A model generated the notes under the pieces. The model was not told where the DNA came from. It did not search any database and worked only from the letters and a program-made list of their open reading frames with translations. Positions 1 through 11,900 of a stretch of 64,000 nucleotides of DNA are shown one piece after another. Each line of letters begins with the position of its first letter. Position 1 is the first letter of the stretch. The stretch comes from Meyerozyma guilliermondii (lineage: Eukaryota): positions 1,302,001-1,366,000 of the forward strand of contig CP128817.1 of the NCBI GenBank assembly GCA_051546255.1, given 5' to 3'. A program made the position numbers and the translations under genes.

Positions 1-799
1 TCCATCCTCGCTCGCTTCATTCTCTTCTTCTAGGAACAGCTCGCCCGGTCCAGGCGATTTGGTGTCGCGCAGTGTTCCTTCCAGCTTAAGCAATGAATCC
101 TCTAACAAACTGCTGCCGATAACACTCCTTGACCGACTTCGTCCGTCGCTCGTCGAGCTCCACTCCAACCCGTTGGCCTCCCTGCAGAAAAACTCGATCG
201 ATTCGCAGTCTTCATACAATTCAATCTTTTCAGCGTCGTCTTCCATATCGTCGGATTCCTCGTTTCCAAGAAACTCATCGTTTGGATCCATTTCTTACGT
301 CGGTGGAGAATCTACGAAAGCAAGCATTCTGATCGGGCCTCATGAAATTCCTGAAGACCACCCACGATCAACTGCAAAACAGGTAGAAGTATCACCAGAT
401 GCCATAGATGAAATTCCTGACCATCCACCAACCACCACTCGCCCCAATCTTGTACGAAGCCTTACTCCACCGGCAACTTTCCCTAACAAAGTATACAAGC
501 GGCCCGCCATACAATCACCACATCCACGAACATCATCTTTGCAAGCTACACATTCTCACGGGTACCAGAAGGTACGATCTCACACACTGTCACCGCTTTC
601 TCGCTACTCCTATGGACATATCGATGTCAAAGACCAGCGCTCGCGGGTGTCGATCACATCGCTTTTGGTTGACAAACCACCCCCAAGTTCTCGATTATCG
701 GATATCAATTCCATAATCAACGAAAGTGAAGAGAATAGCAGCACCGGCAGTGTCAGCAGTGAGGAACAGAACTATAGGAGACAACGGGTAGACCAGTAG
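1..799 (+). CDS. 5'-truncated Ser/Pro-rich low-complexity C-terminus of a probable transcription factor (possibly HSF-family Sfl2/Mga1-like)
   Basis: Frame 2 is open from the window edge to TAG at 797-799. The protein is S/P-rich and disordered, with no DNA-binding domain inside the window. The Sfl2-like guess rests only on recalled Candida gene order next to GOT1-HUA1-PUT2. Confidence 0.55.
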   Translation, partial: PSSLASFSSSRNSSPGPGDLVSRSVPSSLSNESSNKLLPITLLDRLRPSLVELHSNPLASLQKNSIDSQSSYNSIFSASSSISSDSSFPRNSSFGSISYVGGESTKASILIGPHEIPEDHPRSTAKQVEVSPDAIDEIPDHPPTTTRPNLVRSLTPPATFPNKVYKRPAIQSPHPRTSSLQATHSHGYQKVRSHTLSPLSRYSYGHIDVKDQRSRVSITSLLVDKPPPSSRLSDINSIINESEENSSTGSVSSEEQNYRRQRVDQ

Positions 800-1107
800 T
801 TACGTTTACGATATAGAATGTATTATACAATGTCTGATGAATAAATGTTGGTTTGGAAGAGAAGAAGAGATGCAAGATATATCTCAATTTTGTTTAGGTA
901 TAAAGTTTACTAGTTAGATTCTCATTATGTTTTTTCTCTCATTTCATTAATGTACTTCTCATTTGATGTTAAAATTCGCTAAAGGTTATTTTATAAGTTT
1001 CATTATGTTAAATTCACATGGTATATTATGAAGTTACTTTCATTAATAATTAAAATGATTGAATGTTTCTGGTACTGTCTGACACTATCATCCTTACTTA
1101 GCACTTT

Positions 1108-1563
1108 TCAGAACGGACGCTTGCTTTTGTTAGATTTCTTCACCAGTCGTGAACTCCTGATCTTTCTATCTTCGTCGCTCTCACTGTCGCTATCTTCCCT
1201 CTTGACTGGTTTAGCTGGTTTCGTACTTAGTCGTTTGTGAATCTTATCTCTTTTTTCACTTCTCATCTTGTTGGTGAGTGCTGCCATAGCCTTGGTTTGT
1301 TGGTGAGGTTTTGATGGGCGCCACTTGTCTGGCTTTGTGGTGTCGCTCTCTATAAAGTCCCGGATGTTTCCTGGTGAATCTTCTAAGCTGGAGAGACCAG
1401 CACCAGGAGGTACTATAGGAAGATCCAAATAGCTTGAATTCAGCTCGGTGTTTTTTGTCAGAGGAGCAAGCCACGAGGCTGCTTTTTTCTCTGAATTGGA
1501 AAAAGCAAGCTGGATCTGGGCCTGGATAGCTTGCTTTTGCTTGATCTCGTTCCGTCGAGACAT
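1108..1563 (-). CDS. Small basic conserved-fungal-type protein of unknown function (DUF3245-like), 151 aa
   Basis: ATG-started ORF with an N-terminal QIQLAFSNSEKKAASWL motif and a K/R-rich tail containing an acidic DSDSESDED patch. The family assignment is tentative. Confidence 0.7.
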   Translation of the reverse strand: MSRRNEIKQKQAIQAQIQLAFSNSEKKAASWLAPLTKNTELNSSYLDLPIVPPGAGLSSLEDSPGNIRDFIESDTTKPDKWRPSKPHQQTKAMAALTNKMRSEKRDKIHKRLSTKPAKPVKREDSDSESDEDRKIRSSRLVKKSNKSKRPF

Positions 1564-1595
1564 GTAAAGAAAAAAAGTAATGAATCAAAAAAGTA

Positions 1596-1666
1596 TGCGC
1601 AAACCCGGAATCGAACCGGGGGCCCATCGATGGCAACGATGGATTTTACCACTAAACCATTTGCGC
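1596..1666 (-). tRNA. tRNA-Gly(GCC)
   Basis: Minus strand reads GCGCAAATGGTTTAGTGGTAAAATCCATCGTTGCCATCGATGGGCCCCCGGTTCGATTCCGGGTTTGCGCA (71 nt). It has a cloverleaf, A and B boxes, and a downstream T6 run. Confidence 0.97.
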
Positions 1667-1674
1667 AGGAAATG

Positions 1675-1746
1675 CTCCGAGACGGGGAATTGAACCCCGG
1701 TCTACCACGCGACAAGCGGTAATTCTAGCCACTAAACTATCTCGGA
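1675..1746 (-). tRNA. tRNA-Asp(GTC)
   Basis: Minus strand reads TCCGAGATAGTTTAGTGGCTAGAATTACCGCTTGTCGCGTGGTAGACCGGGGTTCAATTCCCCGTCTCGGAG (72 nt), with anticodon GTC and discriminator G. Confidence 0.97.
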
Positions 1747-1804
1747 CTTGGTTGGAGGTTTTCCCGCCGTGCACTTGATACCAAAATATTTCAAACTGCG
1801 CTCG

Positions 1805-2614
1805 ATGATCATCATACTATCGCATCCGTGTAGCTTGGTTTCGTACTTGTCAGCCCATGCTATATTGACCAGTAATGTTGGGAGGACTTCGTCCGTCACT
1901 ATAAAGATCATTGAGCATCATCCTTCATTATTCAAGAATTTACCTTGGTGTGGAATTTCAACCATTGGATCACAGTCATTTCATCACCATGCTGTAAACA
2001 AGATATTAAATACTTTGGCAAGTCAATTACAGATTATTCCTATAAGTCTGGCCAATATGAGCCATTCACAGCCATTGTACCCTGATTTACCGGTTCGTCC
2101 GCTACTAAAAGTACACACTACCACAGCCAAAAGCACCAATATATTGGGCTATATCTATCATCCTATACTACTCATGGAGTCTCTTCGAACAGGTCTAAGT
2201 GGTTCTAATCGCGTGGCGTTCATGTCGCCTTCGCGTGGCGTTACTGTGGATGATGTAGTGAAGGAGATTTGCATTTTTCACCATCCGCAGCAGATAGTGG
2301 TAATTGACTTTGGTAAAACTTTGACGAATTTTCCCTCGATGGATCTTGTCGTTTACTCGAGTCTCTGCCAGTTGGAGCTGGTTCCTGCTATAGGGCTGCC
2401 GCTGGCAATACTTTGGCTACCCCACTTTCGAGCCATCAATAGACTTTGGACAGAATCTCAACCTCATACCACCACCAAATTCACCCACGATAAATTACTA
2501 CAGCACACAAATATTCGCATGAACGGCACCAGCGACTTGCCTCAGCTCGACCTCTTGGTGGCGCTCCGCCATGTAGATGTCGTATTGTTTGCAATTGCCA
2601 AAGCTAGGTTATAA
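1805..2614 (+). CDS. Uncharacterised protein, ~269 aa, ending -AKARL
   Basis: Long open frame filling the gap between the tRNAs and GOT1, with first ATG at 1805. No family recognised. Confidence 0.55.
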   Translation: MIIILSHPCSLVSYLSAHAILTSNVGRTSSVTIKIIEHHPSLFKNLPWCGISTIGSQSFHHHAVNKILNTLASQLQIIPISLANMSHSQPLYPDLPVRPLLKVHTTTAKSTNILGYIYHPILLMESLRTGLSGSNRVAFMSPSRGVTVDDVVKEICIFHHPQQIVVIDFGKTLTNFPSMDLVVYSSLCQLELVPAIGLPLAILWLPHFRAINRLWTESQPHTTTKFTHDKLLQHTNIRMNGTSDLPQLDLLVALRHVDVVLFAIAKARL

Positions 2615-2640
2615 ATACTATTAATGCATATGCTCTTTGT

Positions 2641-3105
2641 CTATACTGGCAACGTATTGATACCCGCAAGTCTATCAATGGTTGGAGCTATAGCCGGATG
2701 GCTCAAGAAGTCACCAATATATGGTACTGACCTTAAAAATTGGATTATGGTACCGAAAAAATCACCAAAAAGTCCCAATATCCCCACTGATTCCACAATG
2801 AATCCTATAAATGACCATTTCATCAAAATTAACAATATGCCAACACAGAAGCATACAGTTCCTCTGATCTTGGTAGGACGCGAGAAAAATGCTATGGTAC
2901 GTTGCGGTCCAATAATTAAAATGAGTCCGATAACAAAGAGAATATTTCCCATTGCCAAAAGCGCAGCGTCAAAAAACGCCATTATGCCGACCAAAAAGAG
3001 CCCGAGGCCCCCTGCGGTAAACCCGACTCCGAATTCTGCGTTAGTGGTGCGCCAAATGCACGGCTAAAATCGATGCATACTTTGTCTATCAGAAAGCCAG
3101 ATCAT
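2641..3105 (-). CDS. GOT1: Golgi transport protein Got1, 139 aa; exons 3081-3105 and 2641-3035, intron 3036-3080
   Basis: The spliced product [42 protein letters not shown] matches Got1. The intron reads GTATGC...CACTAAC-GCAG and restores the frame (420 nt total). Confidence 0.93.
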
Positions 3106-3229
3106 TAAACAACGCGGCGGTGGCTGCGCGGTTTCGTGTTGCTCGTGTGCAGCAGCCGGTGTGTGGGTGCCATACCTGCATCCCGGTGTGCGGGATGCAA
3201 ATTGTATATTAGATCGTACGTCATACTCC

Positions 3230-4078
3230 ATGACCAAAGCGTCGGACCTTCCTCCCAGTTACGACGAGGCTATTGGGCTGCATGCGTCTAGCGGCACAGA
3301 AAGACCTGTACCACGGCCGCCCCCGCGTCCACTGGCTGCTCCTCCTGCAGGTCGGCATCTGCAATCGCTGTATCAACTGCAGCCGCTGCTGCTGCATGCA
3401 CTGTCGCTGACATCGACTTCAAATTACAACAACAACAATCTGCTCCCATTTGACTACCCGCCCAACCATTTTTGCAGAAAGTGTAAAAATACAGGTTTTA
3501 AATTGAAAAATGGAAAGGTTTGTCATGACTGTTGGGACAGGTTCTATCTCCGAACCAATGCATATAATCCCAATCCTCAACTTCCATTCAAATATCCAAG
3601 AAATTTCATCTGTGACAAGTGCCATAATACTGGTTATAAACGCAAAAATGGTCTCTCGTGCAAAGACTGCTGGGAAAGATTTAGCGCTCGCAATCATTTT
3701 CCCGCAATGTCAGTGTACTCAAATCCACTCGACTTACTTTTCGGAACCACCACCAGTACCTCTATAGTTGCTCCTGGTGGGTTTCCAGGTGCTCCTCCAG
3801 GTGCTCCCATGCAAGTCCAGCCAGGAGATCCTCGTATAGGCGGAATTCTATGCGGTCGATGCCGCGGATCTGGAAGAGTTATGGTGTTTTTGGACGAAGA
3901 ATTGTGTCCTGTATGTCTGGGGTTGGGCCGTATAATACATGGTGTGGGCCCGGGGCCTATGCCAATGCCTGGTCCGGGGCCAATTCCTGGTCCTGGTCCG
4001 GGTCCGGGTCCGGGTCCGGGTCCCGGTTATGGAGGGTATGGGGGTCCTCCTCAGCAGTATGGCTATTACAAACGATGA
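3230..4078 (+). CDS. HUA1: Hua1-like proline-rich zinc-finger protein
   Basis: PPSY motif, two CxxCxNTGxK...CxDCW modules, and PGDPRIGGILCGRCRGSG...CPVC DnaJ-type zinc motif. First ATG at 3230. Confidence 0.85.
   Translation: MTKASDLPPSYDEAIGLHASSGTERPVPRPPPRPLAAPPAGRHLQSLYQLQPLLLHALSLTSTSNYNNNNLLPFDYPPNHFCRKCKNTGFKLKNGKVCHDCWDRFYLRTNAYNPNPQLPFKYPRNFICDKCHNTGYKRKNGLSCKDCWERFSARNHFPAMSVYSNPLDLLFGTTTSTSIVAPGGFPGAPPGAPMQVQPGDPRIGGILCGRCRGSGRVMVFLDEELCPVCLGLGRIIHGVGPGPMPMPGPGPIPGPGPGPGPGPGPGYGGYGGPPQQYGYYKR
3969..4027 (+). repeat. Coding (GGTCCG/GGTCCT)n hexamer repeat encoding Gly-Pro repeats
   Basis: ggtccgggtccgggtccgggtccgggtccc tract inside the HUA1 3' end. Confidence 0.85.
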
Positions 4079-4092
4079 AATATATGAATATA

Positions 4093-6977
<2,885 letters not shown>

Positions 6978-7032
6978 TATATATTACGCGTATATACCGG
7001 ATGAAAATATCCAGATGTGGTGTGCGGGTGCA

Positions 7033-8136
7033 CTACTTAGTGACGATTTGAACGACATCTTCGTCGTGAATTGGGTGGTTAAGGCCACATTTCTGCGGCG
7101 AATGTTTGGCACTGGAGCCCCACACAAGTGCGTATTTGAACTGGTTTTTCATATCCCGGTGAATTGCGTCACAAACTTCCAAAGCTGTGGGGTGGCTGCG
7201 AACCACTACTGGTTCATCGAATTTGGGCGCCACGCCTCGGCGTTTCGTGTAAACCCTTACGAGTCCCAACTGGCGCCATATCTCATCTTTAAGGTCCTCG
7301 ATACCCAAATCCAACTCGCAAGACATCACCACGGTGTTTGGTTCGCGAGCAAGCCGGTCGCATTCTTCAAGCGAAACAGCATCAATTTTGTTGTAGACAT
7401 ACAAGCATTTGATGTACGAGATATGCTGTTCGTTGATGACGTCGATAAAGTCGTCAATGGTGACGTTTTCGTCTCGTATGAGCACATCTGCGTTGTGCAC
7501 TTTGTAGTCCTTGAGAAGACCTGCAACCACCTTTTCATCAAGATACTTTGGAGGGTTGATAGAATTGAGTTTGATCCCTCCCGTCTTCTTGTACTTTAAC
7601 GAAATGTTGGGTCTTTCTTTATTGAGACGAATTCCCATCAGTTCCAATTCGTTTTCCAAAATCTGTCGTTGGTCGTGCGACTTGGTAGCATCAAGCACCA
7701 TCATAATCAAATCACTAGTCCGTGAAACGGCAATAACTTGTTTTCCACGTCCTTTACCCTGCGAAGCCTGCTTGATAATACCAGGAAGATCGACAATTTG
7801 AACTTCGGCTCCATTATACTCCAAGATTCCTCCCACCGACGTCAACGTCGTAAATTCGTAATTGGCAGCTTCTGACTTTGTATTGGTGACCTTGTTCAAA
7901 AACGATGACTTTCCCACCGAGGGAAAACCAATAAGTGATACACGAGCATCTCCAGCTTTGGCAACTTCGAAACCTTGTCCTCCTCCCGACGAACCACCTG
8001 CAGGTGGCTCCAATAGTTCTCGTCTGTACCTAGCGAGCTTTCCTTTTAAGAGCCCTATATGGTATTCTGTGGCTTTGTTTTTCTGGGTTTTGGAGAGTTC
8101 ATCTTGAATTTGGGCTATTTTTTCCAAGATACCCAT
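7033..8136 (-). CDS. RBG2: DRG2-family ribosome-binding GTPase
   Basis: [45 protein letters not shown] and a C-terminal TGS domain. Confidence 0.95.
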   Translation of the reverse strand: MGILEKIAQIQDELSKTQKNKATEYHIGLLKGKLARYRRELLEPPAGGSSGGGQGFEVAKAGDARVSLIGFPSVGKSSFLNKVTNTKSEAANYEFTTLTSVGGILEYNGAEVQIVDLPGIIKQASQGKGRGKQVIAVSRTSDLIMMVLDATKSHDQRQILENELELMGIRLNKERPNISLKYKKTGGIKLNSINPPKYLDEKVVAGLLKDYKVHNADVLIRDENVTIDDFIDVINEQHISYIKCLYVYNKIDAVSLEECDRLAREPNTVVMSCELDLGIEDLKDEIWRQLGLVRVYTKRRGVAPKFDEPVVVRSHPTALEVCDAIHRDMKNQFKYALVWGSSAKHSPQKCGLNHPIHDEDVVQIVTK

Positions 8137-8205
8137 CGTAGCTTGTGTCGCAAACTGCGTTGAGCGACCTTTTGGTGGAGGCGATCGTGCAGGATTGAGG
8201 GCATC

Positions 8206-8214
8206 GCGATGAGC
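8206..8214 (+). promoter_or_regulatory. PAC (ribosome-biogenesis) element in the RBG2/EFG1 divergent promoter
   Basis: GCGATGAGC lies ~40 nt upstream of the EFG1 ATG. Confidence 0.7.
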
Positions 8215-8255
8215 ATTCAGTCTATAGATATAGACTTTGAAGAACTGTTCTGATC

Positions 8256-8924
8256 ATGCCAAAGTCTGTACCTAGTCGCCAGGGGTCTGCACTGGCGGAC
8301 ATATACAATTCCGGGTCTGCAAAGATAAAGAAGAAGATAAGAGACATTGAAAGATTGCTTAAAAAAGATAACGTCCCCGCGAACATCAGAATTGACAATG
8401 AACGTGCCCTCAAGGCGTTAAAAGTTGAATTAGCAAACAAACAGCAGGATCACAAGACGCAGAAAATCGCCAAAAAGTACCATATGGTTCGTTTTTTCGA
8501 ACGAAAAAAGGCGCTTCGCAAACTCAAACAGGCTCGCAAAGAGTTGCAAAATGTGCTGGAAACTGGAGAACGTAAGGATATTAAAAAAGCCCGTAAGGTG
8601 GTTCGTCATTGCGAGATCGATGTAGCATACGTGGTTCTTTTTCCCAAAGCCGAAAAATACATTTCTTTGTATCCCAATCATCAGCCAGAAAAGAACCCAG
8701 ACACTGAAAATGCAAAGAAAGGTTTGGAAAAGACAGAAAGTCGTCGTCGTGAGCTCCGCAAAAAAGTTGAAAAATTGGTAGACGACAAGGCACTTCCATT
8801 CTCTATTGATGACTTACTCGAAGGAAAGTCGGTGGATGTCAAACACGACTTTGAATCTGGCCATAACCAAGAAATTGATGCTCCCGAAACTAAGATACAA
8901 GAGGAAGATGATTTCTTCGAATAA
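8256..8924 (+). CDS. EFG1: 18S rRNA-processing protein Efg1 (the ribosome-biogenesis factor, not the Candida APSES transcription factor)
   Basis: KIKKKIRDIERLL, KKYHMVRFFERKKA, YVVLFPKAEKYISLY and the EEDDFFE end. Confidence 0.93.
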   Translation: MPKSVPSRQGSALADIYNSGSAKIKKKIRDIERLLKKDNVPANIRIDNERALKALKVELANKQQDHKTQKIAKKYHMVRFFERKKALRKLKQARKELQNVLETGERKDIKKARKVVRHCEIDVAYVVLFPKAEKYISLYPNHQPEKNPDTENAKKGLEKTESRRRELRKKVEKLVDDKALPFSIDDLLEGKSVDVKHDFESGHNQEIDAPETKIQEEDDFFE

Positions 8925-8932
8925 TGCATAGT

Positions 8933-11900
8933 CTATTTAAGCGTATACTTTTTGGAATATTGGATGTCCATTGCATCATTAATACACAACACAGTGACGT
9001 CCCTTCCGGCAACTTCATCATCTATGTCAAGCGTACAAGTAATTTTTCCTTTACGCCCAACCATCTTGGGGCTTGCCCTGCTAAGCAAGAGCAATTCTCT
9101 GGTACTTTCGTCAGCCACTATAACAAACCAAGACTCTCTTTGGGCTTTGGGGAAATGTGGACAGTACATTTTGAACTCTTTCGTCAATGGGAAATTATTA
9201 TGTTCGAGCTCAACTGTTAAGATCGAATCTTCCAGGTATGAAACGTTCATATTGGCGGTAGGAAGATGAGAGACAATCTTCAAAAACTCTGACCTCACGG
9301 CCTCTGTACTCCATTCCCTATTATCTTGTCCAAATGTGTCAAGATACCGTTGGCGGTTCACATCGAATTTATGGCATATTTGCTCATGTTTACCCTTGTT
9401 CATGTTACCCAATTCCTGTAACGTATACTTGCCAAATTCTTGGTTCAATGTGAGTCCTGGTAATGCCGTGGCTGGGTTATCGTCGTACCAGTATCTCTGT
9501 TTGATACAGTGCATCAACTTAATGAACATCAACACCGAGTCGAGGTACCCCAATTCAGCCGCTGCGTCGATATATGCTTGGAGAATACGAAGTGCTTGGT
9601 CAAGCACAGAAATCGTATCCTGCGAATAGTCAGCAATAGGAAGCTCAACTCTGCTCATAAATGCTTGAATGAGTAAATAAGCTTTGACATGGGGGTCCCA
9701 TATAAATTCTTTTTGCATATCTTCACCAGAATATCTCATTGATTGAGACATCTCCATGTTTATCAACTCTTCGCCGTGTCTAGTGGCTAGTTCATCATAC
9801 TCAACCGCTTCACAAAGTAGTCTGAGACATTCACGGAAAGAAGTGTCTTTATGAATTCTCGAGACGAGGTTACGCATGGTTTTGTGAGAAAGATAATAGT
9901 AAGAGGAGATGTGCAAAAACCCAGTGGGCTCCAATTCATCTGCTCCCTTCGTTATCACACACTTTGACTCTTTCAAGTTTTCAATTGTTTCATCGATCAA
10001 ATTGCCCAAGAACCCACTTATACCAGCTTGAGATTGATCTTCGATCCCATAATAAGTAGGATTGTTATGAGCTCTTCTGTATAGAAATGTCCATGTGAGA
10101 AAGTCCATAGCTTCTTGACGGGTGGTAATAGTGCCAGCAGAAATTTCAGCACCAATATGGTTGTCCAAGACTTTGTGAAGCGAAGATTCGACAGGGAATC
10201 CAATGTTCAAGAAATGCTTGTAAAACACTTTTTTCGATTCCTTGGTAAAGACAATTGCTGTTCCACTGGTGTCAAATGCTGGTCTACCAGCTCTCCCCAT
10301 CATTTGCAAGATATCAGTCAAATCCATATCTCTGTATGCTTCGATTTTGGGATCGAAAAATTGAGTTCCCTTGATGATCACCAAATGAGCAGGCAAGTTC
10401 ACACCCCATGCCAAGGTAGAAGTTGCAACCAAGATTTGAATCTTTCCTGACTCAAACAATCTGTGTGATATTTGTCTATCGGATTCAACCAATCCAGCAT
10501 GATGAAGTCCCATTCCAAATTGAAGAGCAATGCGGAGAGTATCATCCTTAACATCTTCCAAGATCTCTTGCAACTCGCTATCGCTTAGCTTCAAAAAGCG
10601 ACGTGGATCAGACTCGGCTCCACACAAGTGAATAAGCTCCAAAGCGGTAAGTCTTGTTTGACGACGAGAAGCAACGAAAATCAAAACTGGCTTATTCGGA
10701 GAGTGCTGTTTGATAGCCATGAATGCGGGCTTGTTCATAGTCTTCATAAGAGGACTAAACGCCAAATTATCGGGGAAACCATCAATGTACATTTGCAATG
10801 GAACAGGACGCACAGACTGTGGGAAATTAAACAATCCCTCCTTCACACCTAGCCAACCAGCCATATCTACTGCATTGGAAACAGCAGTGGACATCCCCAA
10901 TAGTCTTATAGGACGCTTGGTATGCGACGCAATGTAGTTCATTCTGCTCACAATCATCTCCAAGATGGGACCACGATCACTAGCCAACAAATGAATTTCG
11001 TCCATAATCACTAGCGAAACCTCTTGAACGAATTTACGAGTTTGCCAGTTACGGGAAATACCGTCAAACTTTTCTGGTGTAGTAATGATAATGTCTGCCT
11101 CTCTAACCTCTCTGGCTTCAGGTAAAGAGTCACCAGTTAATTCCACCAACTTGTGTTTTGTGTTAGCTTGAATTCTGGCTCTCCAGTCGTCCACACGTTC
11201 GCGGACCAACGCTTTCATTGGTGCAATATAAACCACTTTGGACCCTGGGAACTCCTTGAAGGCATGCCAAATAGCAAGCTCAGCAACAACAGTTTTTCCA
11301 GAGCCAGTAGGAGATCCAACAAAAACACTCGAGTTGGAGTTATATAAAGAGTGAAATGTCATGGTTTGCATTGGATTGAAGTACCTGAACTTCAGCCCGT
11401 AGATAGCTTCAACTTGACTATCATGCAAGGCCGATATAGGCAACGGTTGCAACCGTAATAAATTTGTTCTCACGGTTTCGTTGTTAGGTTTTACCAAATG
11501 CTGGAAAGAAATGGTGTGTACTGTCTCTGATCCAATCCATGAGTCTGAAAGGACCCTGACAACAATTTGTGGTGGTGCTGGGTCGCCAACTGGAATCATG
11601 AAATTGAGTTCATGTGGGCTCCTCATCTGCTTCTTATTCAAGATGAATTTTTCAATGTGAAGAATCTCCGACTTGTCAGATTCTTCAATTGTCACCCAAA
11701 AGATTTGGGCATTTCCATGGTATCTTTCATCCCATACAAAGTCAGGAGACAAGTCTACGTGGATACGCATGACATTGCTGGTTATGGGAAATATTTCAGC
11801 GTCAATCTCCAAGTATGGAAACTTGCCAACCAAAGAATAAAGAACATTACCCATTCTATTGTTGTGAACCAAGTCTCCAAGTTCTGGCGCCTCCATATCT

